Shown: positions 35,804-48,138 of the stretch, piece after piece
How the letters are laid out: each line of letters starts with the position of its first letter
Position numbering within the stretch: the first letter of the stretch is position 1
From: Diplonema japonicum
Taxonomy: Eukaryota; Protista; Euglenozoa: Diplonemea
DNA: 64,000 nucleotides
Direction: 5' to 3'
NCBI GenBank assembly: GCA_964019335.1
Contig: OZ025725.1
Span: 62,001-126,000, forward strand
Position numbers and translations under genes: made by a program
Notes under the pieces: generated by a model
Seen by the model: the letters and a program-made list of their open reading frames with translations, nothing else
What the model was told of the DNA's origin: nothing
The model's database searches: none

Positions 35804-35892
35804 TTTATTGATAACAACAACACTTGTTATAGTATCAGAAAAAAAAAAGAATGCTAGCTAGTGTTATGCATTACAAATACACTCCTTAATGG

Positions 35893-35932
<40 letters not shown>

Positions 35933-36065
35933 GTAACCGTTTCGGCCCCAACAAAAAAAAAAAAATAACTCGCCTGTTTCTTTTTTCTTTTTTCTTTTTA
36001 TCTTTTGTATCTTTTTTTTTTTTTTTTCTTCTTTTTTTTTTTCCTCCCTATTATTACTAATAACT

Positions 36066-36110
<45 letters not shown>

Positions 36111-36125
36111 TCTGGGGAAGGCCAC

Positions 36126-37676
36126 ATGAAGCAGAGCAAGGTTCGATTGCTGGTGACCTCAACGCAGGCAGGATGGTTCAAACCCCCTCCCGAGCGGAAG
36201 AAGTTCCATTTCTGCCAAGCAGTGTGTAACGTACCGGGCTTTCCAGAGGACAAACCGAAGGAGGACCCGTACTGGATGGACTCGGCGATCACGGGAAACT
36301 GGAGATACAAAAAAAGGGGCCCCAACGTCGCGTCTCTAAAACACGGTGCGACCGCATGGAAGGGTGACGCAGAAAAAGGGATACCTGCAATGCCCCCAGC
36401 AGACTACTTCGGGAACAAACTGATCCCGAGGGACGAAGCAGCAAAATTCCTCCCCGATATCCACATCGACGGCCTCGCAGAAGAAATCACAGGGCCCATA
36501 AGAACCCTGGGCAGGCATGTTGTCCCACATCAATTCCATGAATATTACGATGAGTCACTTGTCGTGGAAGGGTTGTACGGGAAAAGAAGCGGTGACGACA
36601 AATCGAGGGAAAAGACATGGAAAGCGAATCTTTCAATGTATCTACACCGCCACCCAATGGCCGATGAAATGCAGAGAAAAATGTTAATCGGGGATGCAGA
36701 GGCGCAGGATAGGTACCAAGATCCAGACGATGTAGAGTACGAGGAGGAGATCATCGCCGCCCTCAAACACGGCGACATAGACACCGCATGCAGCATCTAC
36801 AAAAAACTGGTCGACCCCCCGAAAAACTGGCACATTTATACACTGATGGTCAACGAGTTCGTGACGAGGGGTCTCTTATCTGACGCCATTTCTGTTTACA
36901 ACGAAATGCAGATATACGACATCCCTCCAGACGCTGAACTGTTCTCTTCTATATTAAGCTGTGCGATCGCCGCTGAGCACCCCAAACGGGTAACATGGCT
37001 TATCGGGGAAGCACGTAAAATCCACTCGAACGGTGTTACCATTCCCAAAGACGGCTTGGCGCAGCTATGTGTTCGTGCAGTTCGTTACCTCCTCGAGGCA
37101 GACCCCAGGCTGGCGGTTCGTATATACAAAATAATGGAAATTGAGGATCTGCTGTCCATGCACAACATCGATTCGAAAGCTGCAGCGTTGCTTTTAAAAG
37201 CCCGGGAGCTTGGTATCCTCCCTGAAACGGATCCCATGGTCGGCGGGCATCACCACCGCTACGTGTACAGTTTGCCTTCAAATGGTGCGACTAGAAATGG
37301 TGATGAGAATGTTGTTCAAGATGGTGGCGAACGAGGAGAGTTTGGGTTTGGTTTGTCGTCTGAAGAGGTTGAGAGGGTACAGAAACTGATGGAGGAGGAG
37401 GAGGGCGAGCGGGACGTGCAGTTGCCTTACTTCAAAAAGAGCCAGCCGAACCACCCCTTGCAGCCCAGCGTGGTAAAGGAATATCGCTACTCCCTTGTCC
37501 AAGGCACCCACAGCACGGATGTGCCTTACCCATGCAAACGTGACTGGGCCCTCTCCAACTCTTCATCCTCACCCGAAAATCGGTACACCTTCAGATGGAA
37601 TGGTCGCAACACGCGCATGGTGTCCGTCTCCGCTTCCGAAACTCCTGTCACCACCTCACCCGAGATTTGGTTCTAA
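36126..37676 (+). CDS. PPR-containing protein, probably mitochondrial
   Basis: IYTLMVNEFVTRGLLSDAISVYNEMQIYDIPPDAELFSSILSCA is a canonical PPR. Confidence 0.75.
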   Translation: MKQSKVRLLVTSTQAGWFKPPPERKKFHFCQAVCNVPGFPEDKPKEDPYWMDSAITGNWRYKKRGPNVASLKHGATAWKGDAEKGIPAMPPADYFGNKLIPRDEAAKFLPDIHIDGLAEEITGPIRTLGRHVVPHQFHEYYDESLVVEGLYGKRSGDDKSREKTWKANLSMYLHRHPMADEMQRKMLIGDAEAQDRYQDPDDVEYEEEIIAALKHGDIDTACSIYKKLVDPPKNWHIYTLMVNEFVTRGLLSDAISVYNEMQIYDIPPDAELFSSILSCAIAAEHPKRVTWLIGEARKIHSNGVTIPKDGLAQLCVRAVRYLLEADPRLAVRIYKIMEIEDLLSMHNIDSKAAALLLKARELGILPETDPMVGGHHHRYVYSLPSNGATRNGDENVVQDGGERGEFGFGLSSEEVERVQKLMEEEEGERDVQLPYFKKSQPNHPLQPSVVKEYRYSLVQGTHSTDVPYPCKRDWALSNSSSSPENRYTFRWNGRNTRMVSVSASETPVTTSPEIWF

Positions 37677-37868
37677 AAAAGAAATTAAGACAAAGAAAAA
37701 AAAAAAACAACAGCAGCAAAAAAGTGTTTTGTTCCCCCCCTTCCTTTTTCCAAGTGTGATTTTTTTTGTTTTTTTTTAAAAAGAATGTTCTTTTTTTTTT
37801 TTAGACCCTCATTTTTTTTAAAAAAACAGGGGCCTGGCTCTTCATTGATTCATTCCCCTTCCTTCTCC

Positions 37869-38216
37869 ATGCGAAGGTCGAGTCTGAAGCCGGTGACAGG
37901 GCCGAGTCGAGGTACACCCAAGGAAATATATTACCTTGAAAGAACAGCTTCTGGGAATATGGTGCAGGTAGGGCCTGTGACGCTGAACGATATGCGCGAG
38001 GCGTTGGTGGGCGGGAGGATCAGCATGTGGTCGATGGTCGCCACAGATGACGATGAAAACTGGAAGGTTCTGGGAGAGACAGGCGAGCTGTGGAAACTGG
38101 TAGAACGCGCGATGGAAGAACACACAACAAAAGAGAAAGTCGTCGGGTTGTTGGGAAGCAGGAAGCGAACGAGAACAGGGACCATGCTCCGCAAATCCTT
38201 AAAAGCCTCTGCATAA
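37869..38216 (+). CDS. GYF_2 (DUF4339)-like domain protein
   Basis: YYL...QVGPVTLNDMREALVGGRI...V...ENWKVLGE matches the GYF_2 pattern. Confidence 0.65.
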   Translation: MRRSSLKPVTGPSRGTPKEIYYLERTASGNMVQVGPVTLNDMREALVGGRISMWSMVATDDDENWKVLGETGELWKLVERAMEEHTTKEKVVGLLGSRKRTRTGTMLRKSLKASA

Positions 38217-38340
38217 CGCAACAACCTTCTTCCTTCAGTTGTTATCCCACCACAACCTTCACTTCGTGTTTACATTCCCCCCCCCCAAAAAAAACGAAAA
38301 AAACCACCCCCAAAGGAAAAAAAAAAAAAAACAAAAAAAA

Positions 38341-40666
38341 ATGTCAGGAAAAGGTAAAGGGCTCCCCCTAAGCATGGCGGGGGGGTATCATCGAGGCGGG
38401 CTCAATTCACTCCGACAAACAGGGCCCCCACCACGAATAGAAGTGTACACCAGCAACCTGAGGTTACAACGCATGGATGGTGCAACAATGCCAAAACATC
38501 CCGAAGTCGGGGGGGGGTGCCCGTGGGTCAACAACGAAGCAGTTGGCAGGGACAGCCCGGAAACAGCGCTTGTCCAACCAGACTACAAGCGGCATGACAC
38601 AAGCGGGGAACCCTGCGCCGCGTTCGGCTTGGAACCCCTGGACGTAAACTTCGAAGGCTGCACGATCGAAGAGTTGCAAGACCAGGTTCTCAAGGCAGTT
38701 TCGAAGGAAAACATCACACCGAAGCAATCTTTAGACATTCTAAGGGTTCTATCAAGCAAGCCCGGCGGAAAGCCCACAGTAGCTTGTCTCAACAGGGTAC
38801 TGACTACGTGCAAAGCTCACGGAAATTCCCAAGACGCGATCCGAGCTTTTAAATTCCACCACGGTAGAGAACTAGCCGACTCCAACACATTCCGAATAGT
38901 CAGCGATATCGCAAAAATCTGTCAAAGTTTGGAACTAGCTCACGTGGCAGTCGCATCCATTGAGGCGAGGAAGGTGAAACCAGACTCCCGCACTATGTCA
39001 AGCCTAACCTCGGTTGTGATGGATGGAAAGACGTTTGACAAGTCAAGAATGACGATATCTCAAAAGGGCCCGCTGCTCAATTCCGTACTCCTTCTCAACA
39101 AAGCGGAAAATATCTCCCTGACGTCCGTTCAGAAATGCTACGCGGTGACAAAACTCGCTCTCTGCGGGTGCCAATCGGAGGCGCTGCAATTCTTCAAAGA
39201 CACGCACACGGAAACATCACAATATTCGCCTGAAGTGTACAACCAGCTCCTCGAAGCAGCCACCGAACACGACGCCAGCTTACTGCCTGTTGTTTTTAGA
39301 CATATGCAGAAGGCTGGTATCGAACCCTCCAAGGCAAAACTGTTAAAATGTTTCGACACTCTATACACAAGAGAAGAGTACCTCAATGAAGCCCGGAGGA
39401 TCTACGACATCATCAAATCGGAGAAATCAAAAACACCGAAAACTACCGCGGAGTACGTGTCGATGGAAGGCTTGGCTCTGAAAAGAGGGGTCAAAGGGGG
39501 TCCTGGCAAGAACGAGCTTTTAAAAATGTGGGACGAGATCGCTGCAAGCAAGCAAGCCTACAAGGACGACCTCCCGCAGAACTTAGTTCGCAAGGCACTT
39601 CACGCGTTGGTGGTGGCAACCTTCGTCGAGGGTGAGGCCAACAACCTCAAAGACACTCTCACCGACGTGGCACTACTGTGCAAGCAGCAGCACACCAACG
39701 AATGCTACTCCAAAGACACCATCGACCTGCTTCTCTCTGAAATCGGCAGCGGCAAGGTCACCCCGCCCACAAGAGGCGCGGTATCCAGCTGGGAACTCGC
39801 TTCTTTCACCACCGATATCAAAAACAACAGTTTGGACGTGTGGGCATTCAAAGCAATGTGCCACGGGCTTGAAAAATGCGACCCAACCGCCGCGAAGTGG
39901 TCCAGACAGATGGCGGAGCTCCTGGCAAAGAGCACAGCAGGGGAAGAGGAAAAAGAGGTACCATTAAAAAAATAATAATAATAACAATAAAACAGGCCGA
40001 GGAAGACTTGGACGCAGAGATGGAACTCGCAGCACTTTTAGAAGGCTCCGATGATGGGGTGGAGACAAAGCAGTCCTTTTTCACACCGCAGTTGGGCCAG
40101 GAACTGACGGCCACCGCTGACTACGTCATCGTCCTCGACTCGGCAGCGTGCAACGAACTTTTCTCCAACGATGCTAACTACAAGAGACTTGTGTCCATCG
40201 TCAGGAACGCTCAACCTGTGAAGTGTCTCATCTCCCCCGCTACTCAGCTCTCTTTGTCGAAGGACTCCCCTGCTGTCCTATCTGTGCTCATGAAGGAATA
40301 CGCAGAGAGGCAGGACTCATGGGTGATCCCGCTGCCCCTCTCAGTTCACTTCGAAGTAGCCACGAACCCCTTCAGATCCCGACCTAGAAAGAGAAGAAGG
40401 CTCACTGCCGATCAGCGGTCGCAAGAACCCGCACCTTCTCTCACATCTGAAATTGACATGCTTGTTGCACTTTGTTACCGTCTGCAGGGGACGGAGAATA
40501 TTGGTATGAAACGGGGAGGAATGGGGGGGAATTAAAAAAAAAAAAATTAATAATATAGGGCGCGACAAGACCATCCTCGTCTCGAACTCCGAAGAAAACC
40601 GCAAGACTGCTACGGAACAGAAGATAATAACGCTAAGTGTCAAGGAGCTGCTTCATGGACAACAGC

Positions 40667-40700
<34 letters not shown>

Positions 40701-40701
40701 A
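38341..40701 (+). CDS. PPR-like helical protein with C-terminal PIN-like domain; introns 39958-39995 and 40504-40558
   Basis: PPR-like VYNQLLEAA...VFRHMQKAGIEPS. After splicing: VIVLDSAAC...IDMLVALC...KTILVSNSEENRKTA, a PIN-like strand/helix pattern. Ends in polyQ, TGA 40699-40701. Confidence 0.6.
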
Positions 40702-40911
40702 GAGGGAAAAAAAAAGAATATAAAGAACACCACCACCCCCTCCTTCCCCTCCAATAGTGTAAACGATTCTTTCATGCCCCCCCCCCCCACCCCATTTCTT
40801 CTTCCTCTTAAAGTACTGCAAAAAAAAAGTGGAGGGGGGACCGGGTGGGTGTGACAAGGAAAAGGAGAGGCGAGGCGTCTCCTATTAAACAAAAAAAAAG
40901 AGAGAAAAAAA

Positions 40912-43343
40912 ATGAGCCAAACAGAAACAGATGTTGAAGAGCAAAGCCCTGTGCCGGACCCAGAATCCACGCTGCTAGACAAAAGCGGCAAAGGCTTCGC
41001 AAAGGACACAGCGGCACGGGCCATCGACTACGCAGCAGCAGAGGGCGCCATGGAGGAAATGAGCGACGCTGGGGGTGCGTCCACTGCGGCAGAAGACGAC
41101 GGAATGCCTACAGTACCTCTACACTCTGCAGGCAATGACGTGAACCCCTTAGAAGAACAGGACGGTGTCTGGAGAAGATTTCGCGAACAGTACAACAACT
41201 GCGATAGAGGAACCCTGGGCCCGCTTAGACTGGAAGACGTAGAAGAACACCGTCCACCCCAACCCACCACAAGAATGGGAAGACTCCGGCAGGTTCTGAC
41301 AAGATCCGGAAGACGAGAACGAAACCGTGCAAGAACAGAAGAGAATATTTACAGAACTCTGCCCGGACTGACAGCCGTAATGGTTGTCCGAATACAGAGA
41401 ACATGGAGAGGTTACATCACAAGGAGAAGCATCAACTTGGTCAGAGCGACTGGATCAGGTATCAGCGACCTGGAGTCAAAACGAGTTTTACAATCTGCGG
41501 CACACTACGGAAAGATGCCTATTGAAGATGTGGATGGGATACGACATCTTCCTTTGAGTTTTTACGGGGCGTCGGCGATCCCCAATGATACATCTGTGTA
41601 TAGAGTCAGGCTTGCAGAGTTTATATGGTACTTTGGTGTGCGTCATGGTGGGTGGAGCGGGATTGGGTTGATATTGCTCGCTTTGTGGTTTTCTGGGACA
41701 GTTGGGGCGACGTACCTCATCCCCGGGTGGGCTGCCATGTGCTTGAAAACATTCTTCGATGACGGTGAGTCGTCGTTGACCATCGACCAGCTTATTTCTT
41801 GGGTCATCATGTTTTCGATGTTGTGTTGCATTGGGGTCGGGGTTCTTCACATGTTTCTGGTATTTGAACAGGAACGGTTCGGGCAGAAGCTCGACTTCAT
41901 CCTCGCGTTGGTGGGTGTCAAGAAGTCGAAGTTGATCAACCAAGCACAGCTCCACTCGTTGAGATCGGAAGACCTCGGCCGCACCAAAAAATCGATTTAT
42001 AAATCCGCCCCGCTAGCAGCCCTCCATGGTTTACACACATTCGCAGGGGTTATAACCGTTCTAGCATTTGATTGGCACTTGGGTCTTGTCAACCTTGTCA
42101 CTCTTTGCATCGTAATTGTAATGATGTCGCTGTATGACAAGATGGTTTCAAACCAACAGCTTATCATCCGAGAGGTTGCGAAGAGAGAAGGCGTCATCAG
42201 TTATTACCACAGAAAATACGCCATTAACGATGAGGAATTCACGTCGAGGAACTACCAGCTTGGGCTGTCAAAGAGCATTATGAGAATGCACTCGTCTTTC
42301 GGACGGGTTCACGGGTTGATTGGGTGCACAGCACTGATGCTAGCTGTATCATCCACTGTGTTTTTCTTCTATGCAGGTGGTAAACGGGTTCAAAGAGACC
42401 ACATCACCACGCACACGTTCGTTCTCGCGTTTTGTTATTACGTCTTCACGATGTTCTCGTTCTTCAAATTTAATGAGAATCTTGTTGATTTCCTGCTGTC
42501 GAAGGTGAACATGCGCCGGGTTTTCAAGGTGGTGTGGCACTTCCGAGATTTCTCCGACGAGGCTGCGTTCAAAGAACGACAGTGTGCTATAATATCGCAA
42601 GCGGAAGGGATGAAAGAATACCGGGTCCAGCCCAGGTCCGTCGACCTCTTCGTCATCATTTTCTTCATTGCTTTTATAATCAGCATGTGGCTGTTCTATT
42701 TCGGGGTGGACCGCGGGGAATTGGAATGCAAATCGAAACCAATAAGTTGCGAATACGCTAGCGACAATGGTGTCAACCTCAAAGTCGACCCTATAAACGT
42801 GAATTTCGAATTCAGTTTTTTCTACGCCTGCACGCCACTCCTGCCACGATCCATCGCACTGAGGAAGTGCGCTTACCGAATCCTACAAAACACATCTCGG
42901 CAGCTATTACCTATTGGGGCCCCATACCGTGCCAGGTTGACCTACCAAGGCTGGCGGGACTACCCCCGTGGCTTTTCAAAGGTGTTCGAGACGAAGATCG
43001 GTGTAGATGGCTTCACCTACGCGTGTCCTACCATGAACAGGTCGAAGATAGATATTTTCGATGTGCAGCCGTTCATCACAGAAGCACACAAGGTAGAGAC
43101 ATGGGCGAGAGCCGGGGTGGGCTATGGTGAGGCTGAAGGTGTTGCTTTCGATGATTATAGAGAGGTGTGTGTGTTTTTAGGAGGGGGGTAAAAAAGGGGG
43201 GGGGGGAAAAGGGGGAAAAAAAAAAAAAAAAAAAAAGGTCTTTTTCGGTGAGAACAATTTCCGGGGATGCTTTGCCAACCAACCAGTTCCTGAAGGTGCT
43301 TGTAAGTTGAGCAATCCCGAAGTTAAGTGCTGGTATTGTGTTG

Positions 43344-43423
<80 letters not shown>

Positions 43424-43474
43424 AGGTGCAATATGGGCCAACCAGCAAACTGGAATTTTACCGCATGTAATTAG
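40912..43474 (+). CDS. multi-pass membrane protein with IQ motif and ABC-transmembrane-like region; introns 43165-43237 and 43333-43425
   Basis: IQRTWRGYITRR; about 7 hydrophobic helices; no Walker A seen. Splicing extends the Cys-rich C-terminus to TAG 43472-43474. Confidence 0.7.
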
Positions 43475-44487
43475 GGTGGGGAGAGAGAGAGTGAAAGAAG
43501 AAGAAAAAAAAATAGATGAATCGGAAAGAAAACGAGAAAAAAAAAAAAAAAAAAAAAAAAAAAGAAAGAAAGAAAGAAAGAAAAAAAAAAGAATAGTTGG
43601 GGGAGGAGATGATATTGTAATCGGTTCTGACCTTTAAAAAAAAAAAAGAATTCTTTTTTTTTTTTCCACTCCTTTTTTATCTTTTTTTTTTTATCTTTTA
43701 GAAGCCGCAGGCTGGATCCGTTGGGACGGAAAGGCTGCCATCATCATGGGGGAGGTACGTAAGTAAGTAAAAGAAAAGAAAGGAATACGGAATTCTAGTG
43801 CGTGTTTAAAAAGGTAGGGGGGAGTTTTTTTTTTTCTGTCTTCCCGCAACGAAAGGCGCTCTGTCATTTTTTTTTTTGTTCCCCATAATCTGAGTGGTGC
43901 CCCCCCCAAAAAAAAAGAAAAGTAAGAGCCCGCCCTGTAATCCCCTGTCAATTAAAAAAAAAAAAAAAAAAGAACATTTTTTTCTTCTTTTTCTTTTTGA
44001 ACGAAATATATATTAAAAAAAAGGGGGGGGTAATTCACTTGACCCCACCAAGGACTCACTGAAAATAGCTTTTTTTTTCCCCCCCAAATCCTGATGGGTG
44101 GTTGTGTGACGAAGCACCTACAAAGAAGGGTGGGCATTGAAGCCAGAAGGCCACATTTACAGGAAACTGTTCTAAAGTGCCTTTTTTTTTGTTTCTTCTT
44201 CTTTCGGGTATAAGTGAAATTTTTGACTCTTTTTAGGTACAAAGTGAATTGCCCCCTTTTTTTTTTACCCTCACAAGCTCTTCCTGACACAGCCGTTCCT
44301 GAAAATGCATGGGGGGGGGGGGGGGGGGGGGTCACATCGGGTAGAATTATAGAAAGAAGGGAAAAAAAAAACTCCCATCGGAGGGGTTTTCTGTTTCTGC
44401 TCGAAAACGTGTGGGGGAAAAAAAAGAAAGGAAAAAAAAAGAATGGAAATTCTTATATCCCTTACTCCCCCCCCCCCCCCCCCCCCC

Positions 44488-44575
44488 TAGGGCTATGCTG
44501 GCAGGAAACGTGGAAACGTTTCCGTTTCCGTTTTCTTTTTTTCAAAAAAGGCGTTTCCATGCCAGCATAGCCCTG
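44488..44575. mobile_element. second copy of the TAGGGCTATGCTGGC MITE
   Basis: Same terminal inverted repeats as 34556-34671; lies between a C-run and a G-run. Confidence 0.75.
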
Positions 44576-44597
44576 GGGGGGGGGGGGGGGGGGGGGA

Positions 44598-44921
44598 GGT
44601 CATATGGTCCTTAAAAAGGGCCACTTTTTGCCCTTTTTCAGGCTCTTCACCAAGGGCATTTTGGGCCCTTAAAAAAACTGTAACCACCCCAAAAGTGCCC
44701 ACAAATCACCCAACATAAAATAGGGGCCCCTAGGATTACATAGGAAAGTACCAAACGGGGGCCCCAAATTAGAACATGATTCTGGGCACTTCTGGGGCCG
44801 GAAAACATCGGGAAACGGGGTGATTTGTGGGCACTTTTGGGGTGGTTACAGTTTTTTTAAGGGCCCAAAATGCCCTTGGCGAAGAGCCTGAAAAAGGGCA
44901 AATAACGACCCCCTTATGACC
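44598..44921. mobile_element. foldback/MITE-like element with about 85-bp inverted arms
   Basis: 44627-44711 is the near-exact reverse complement of 44818-44902; outer ends GGTCATA / TATGACC. Confidence 0.75.
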
Positions 44922-45519
44922 CCCCTACCCCCTTAGGTTTTCGTCCAAAAGCAATTAATGCCCTCTCCCCCTTTGGGAGCATTTTTCTTTTTCAATTTCT
45001 TTAGAATGTTCAAAGGATACACCTTCGGATTTCTAATTTGAAGCCACTAAACACTAGGCAGCCACATAAAAACGTTTCTGGAAAAAAAGAAGGAAAAAAA
45101 AAAATCGATGTTCGCAAGCCTACGAGGGAAAGCAAGGCTTCATATTAGAAACCCGAAGCGTAACAATTTTATTTTTATTTTTATTTATTTTGTCAGTTCT
45201 TCTATTCGTTCGGCAGCACAGTTCGTTTTTCTTTTTTTTTTTTTTTTTTTTTTTTGTCTTACAGTAACCTCTCCTTTTTTTTTTTACAGGTTTTTTTACA
45301 GGTTAACCACAGTGCTAGTGCGCACAATCAAACGCCAGAATAGTCCCCCCCCCCCTCTTCTCTTTTTTTGATATATGTTCTCCTCTTCCCGTGTTCCCCC
45401 GCCCCTTGTGCTTCTTCTTTCCCCCCTTCAGCAGTTATTAGAAAAAATTTCTTTTACAACAGGATGGTGGTGTAAATAAATTTTATAAGAAAAAAAAAAT
45501 ATAAAAAAAAAAGAGAAAA

Positions 45520-47355
45520 ATGACCTATGAGCTCCTACTGGGGCACCTCAAAGGCGAATGGCACGATGAGAAGGGCAACGACTGGACCGTTACCGGCGAC
45601 GAGGCGAAGGTGAGGCTGGTGGGGAGGGACGAGTGGAAGCCCTACCAAATCTCAGGGAAGAAAAATAAACTAACTTTGAACGGGGCGAAGATGATGAAAG
45701 CCGAGGACGGGATCATCCAATGGAAGAGCCCACCTAGCGTGGGATGCGGGATAAAGTGGACAGAAGGAATCGGAGAGAAGGAAGAGCCCACACCTTCACC
45801 CGACCCGGAAGAAGAGGAACCCCAACAAGTGGCACCCACACCCCCGTCCCCAGACTTTACCACCCGAGCAGCCCGCATAAAATACAATCACCGAAAAAAT
45901 AACCAATTCATGTCAAGACGAAGCTACGGGTACAATTACTCTAGAGATTCTTCTTCTGAGGACGATGATTCCGGTACTGCAACATACCCTTTAGTCCGCC
46001 TGTCACCGGAGTCTTTGAAATATACCCCAATGAGGCTTACACTCGAAGAACGTAAAGATCTGAGAATTATCGAAGCTGCCATCCGTGCGTCGAACTACAC
46101 CGACGTGGTTGACGATCCGTGCCTCACAGATGACAAACGGGACGCGAGAATATACAAAGAGCTGGAACATTTTTTAATCGGACTGGAATGCTGTCGAAAC
46201 GGGCCGTCGGAAGGGCTTGCAGCGTATAAGGCAAAAGACCTTACAAACCCGATGGAAACAGCGAAGAGGTTGATCGAGATAGCGAGACGTCATAAAATGG
46301 GATCCCCGAACACATCTATTCATGAATACGGAAAGCTGTTGTACCTTGCCCAAGACTGCTACGTAAGAATGAAAGATGAATGGGGCGATGTGGGCCCTGT
46401 TGTCACCGCGGAAACTCAGGTGAAACTCCACGATTTGGGTGGAATCCTCGAAGACCCACGGTTACCGTTGGCAACAACCCCAGTTCCTCGTTTAAGCAGC
46501 ATACCTGAACTCAACAAAGCTCTGAAACGCAAGAACAAGGTTCAAAAACAGCTTCGAAGGAAGTACGGCAGTATGAGTGAACAAGTTATATATTCTCTTG
46601 ATGACCGAAACGTGTTCATTGAAGAAAATGCTATGCCCATCGCAGAAATGATCGTTCTGGCGAAGAAATTCTTCCACCCTGACGAACCCACACCGGAAAC
46701 CCACCTTTCCATCCACGAAGGAGAATCCGGTTCCAGACTGTCGCACGACCATTCAAAACATTTTTACTACGTTGTGCAATCGCTAACATTTTGGAAGAAC
46801 ATTCTAAAGGACATGTGTTACCTGTGGGTTTTAATGGAACAAGATATGCTGTCCAGCGCGTCCGACTTCCGCGACACTGGTCAGGGTAAAAATCGTGTTC
46901 AAGAATGCCCGCTTTTATACAGCGCTGTTGAAAACATTCTTCAGAAAACGAAGGAAGAAGTCGGAGCTTGGGTCGGATCCGAGAGGATACACATGGGGGA
47001 CAATCAGGTCCCAAATGGTCTTCATTTTATCGACAAGTACACGCAGGTCTGCCGTATCATCAGGCCCATCATCAACACGTTGAGCGGGGTGGAAAACATG
47101 ACCGAAAAAGATTCGGACCAGCTGGACTGTATTATTGAGGTGTGGGGTTCTGTGAAGAACCTGCAGCTTGCCATTCTGAGAGACTTCTTCCGGTTCGGGT
47201 TTGATGGGTCTGGGGGGTCGAACGACGACGATGCGGGAAGCTGCATTGATGGTCGCCTCACGTCCGCGTGGAACTGGTGCAGTCTGCTCCGGACAAAACC
47301 CTTCTACCCGGCGTTCCTTTTATCTGGATTTTCCTCGTTTGATTCACCAAAATGA
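45520..47355 (+). CDS. UPF0652/DUF2009 family protein
   Basis: PMRLTLEERK, YTDVVD, RLSHDH...YVVQSL, WVGS..IHMGD.QVPN.LHFIDKY, FDGSG...AGSCIDGRLTSAWNWCS. Confidence 0.85.
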   Translation: MTYELLLGHLKGEWHDEKGNDWTVTGDEAKVRLVGRDEWKPYQISGKKNKLTLNGAKMMKAEDGIIQWKSPPSVGCGIKWTEGIGEKEEPTPSPDPEEEEPQQVAPTPPSPDFTTRAARIKYNHRKNNQFMSRRSYGYNYSRDSSSEDDDSGTATYPLVRLSPESLKYTPMRLTLEERKDLRIIEAAIRASNYTDVVDDPCLTDDKRDARIYKELEHFLIGLECCRNGPSEGLAAYKAKDLTNPMETAKRLIEIARRHKMGSPNTSIHEYGKLLYLAQDCYVRMKDEWGDVGPVVTAETQVKLHDLGGILEDPRLPLATTPVPRLSSIPELNKALKRKNKVQKQLRRKYGSMSEQVIYSLDDRNVFIEENAMPIAEMIVLAKKFFHPDEPTPETHLSIHEGESGSRLSHDHSKHFYYVVQSLTFWKNILKDMCYLWVLMEQDMLSSASDFRDTGQGKNRVQECPLLYSAVENILQKTKEEVGAWVGSERIHMGDNQVPNGLHFIDKYTQVCRIIRPIINTLSGVENMTEKDSDQLDCIIEVWGSVKNLQLAILRDFFRFGFDGSGGSNDDDAGSCIDGRLTSAWNWCSLLRTKPFYPAFLLSGFSSFDSPK

Positions 47356-47585
47356 GAAGAAAAAAAAAAAAAAAAAAAAAAAAAAAAGTGTGGTGACAAA
47401 AAAAAAAAAAAAGAAAAGTGTGATACCCTTTCCCACCCCGCGCCCTATCCTTTTAATTTTCGTTTTTCAAAATAAAAAAATAATAAAAGAAAACATAAAA
47501 AAGAAAAAGAAAATTATTTTTTTTAAAAAGTTAAAAGGAGGAGGGGGTGAGGAGGGTTGGCGCGGAAAAGAGAGAAGAAAAAAAA

Positions 47586-48024
47586 ATGGAATTAATAACC
47601 GTAACGTTGGTTTCGGCGATGTTGTTGTTGGTGTGCGGTGGGGTTCGAGGTGATGCGGTGGACGCGACAGTGCAAGCCGAGGAGGAAGAGTGGGACAAGA
47701 AGACCCTGGACGTGCTGAACGCAATCGCTTCTTCACACGCCGAAGAAATCGCAGAGCTGGAAAAAGCACTGAAGGACGACGACGGAGCCACCAGGACGAG
47801 GATCGCCCGCAACGTGGCAGTATCTATATACCGCCTAGTCATGACACACCCATTGGGGAACGGCAAGGCGAGGGTAAGGAAAATGTTTTCGCAGTCCGAG
47901 CTTCGAAGAGCCTTCTTCTGGGTATTTTTTTTTTTTTTTTTTTTTATTCCCCAATGTCACCCCAAACCAGGACGACCTTTTCCCACCTGATGATGACCTG
48001 CTTCCGGAAGACGAGGATCTGTGA
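47586..48024 (+). CDS. small signal-peptide protein with acidic tail ending DEDL; intron 47922-47970
   Basis: Hydrophobic N-terminus MELITVTLVSAMLLLVCGGVRG; GT(T)n..CAG intron joins FFW to DDLFPP...EDEDL*. Confidence 0.65.
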
Positions 48025-48039
48025 GAAAAAAAAAAAAAG

Positions 48040-48071
<32 letters not shown>

Positions 48072-48138
48072 AATACTTTTTTCTTAAATTGCCGCAGTTG
48101 TTATCCATTACCCGAAAGAGCGGGAGAAGAAAGAAAAA

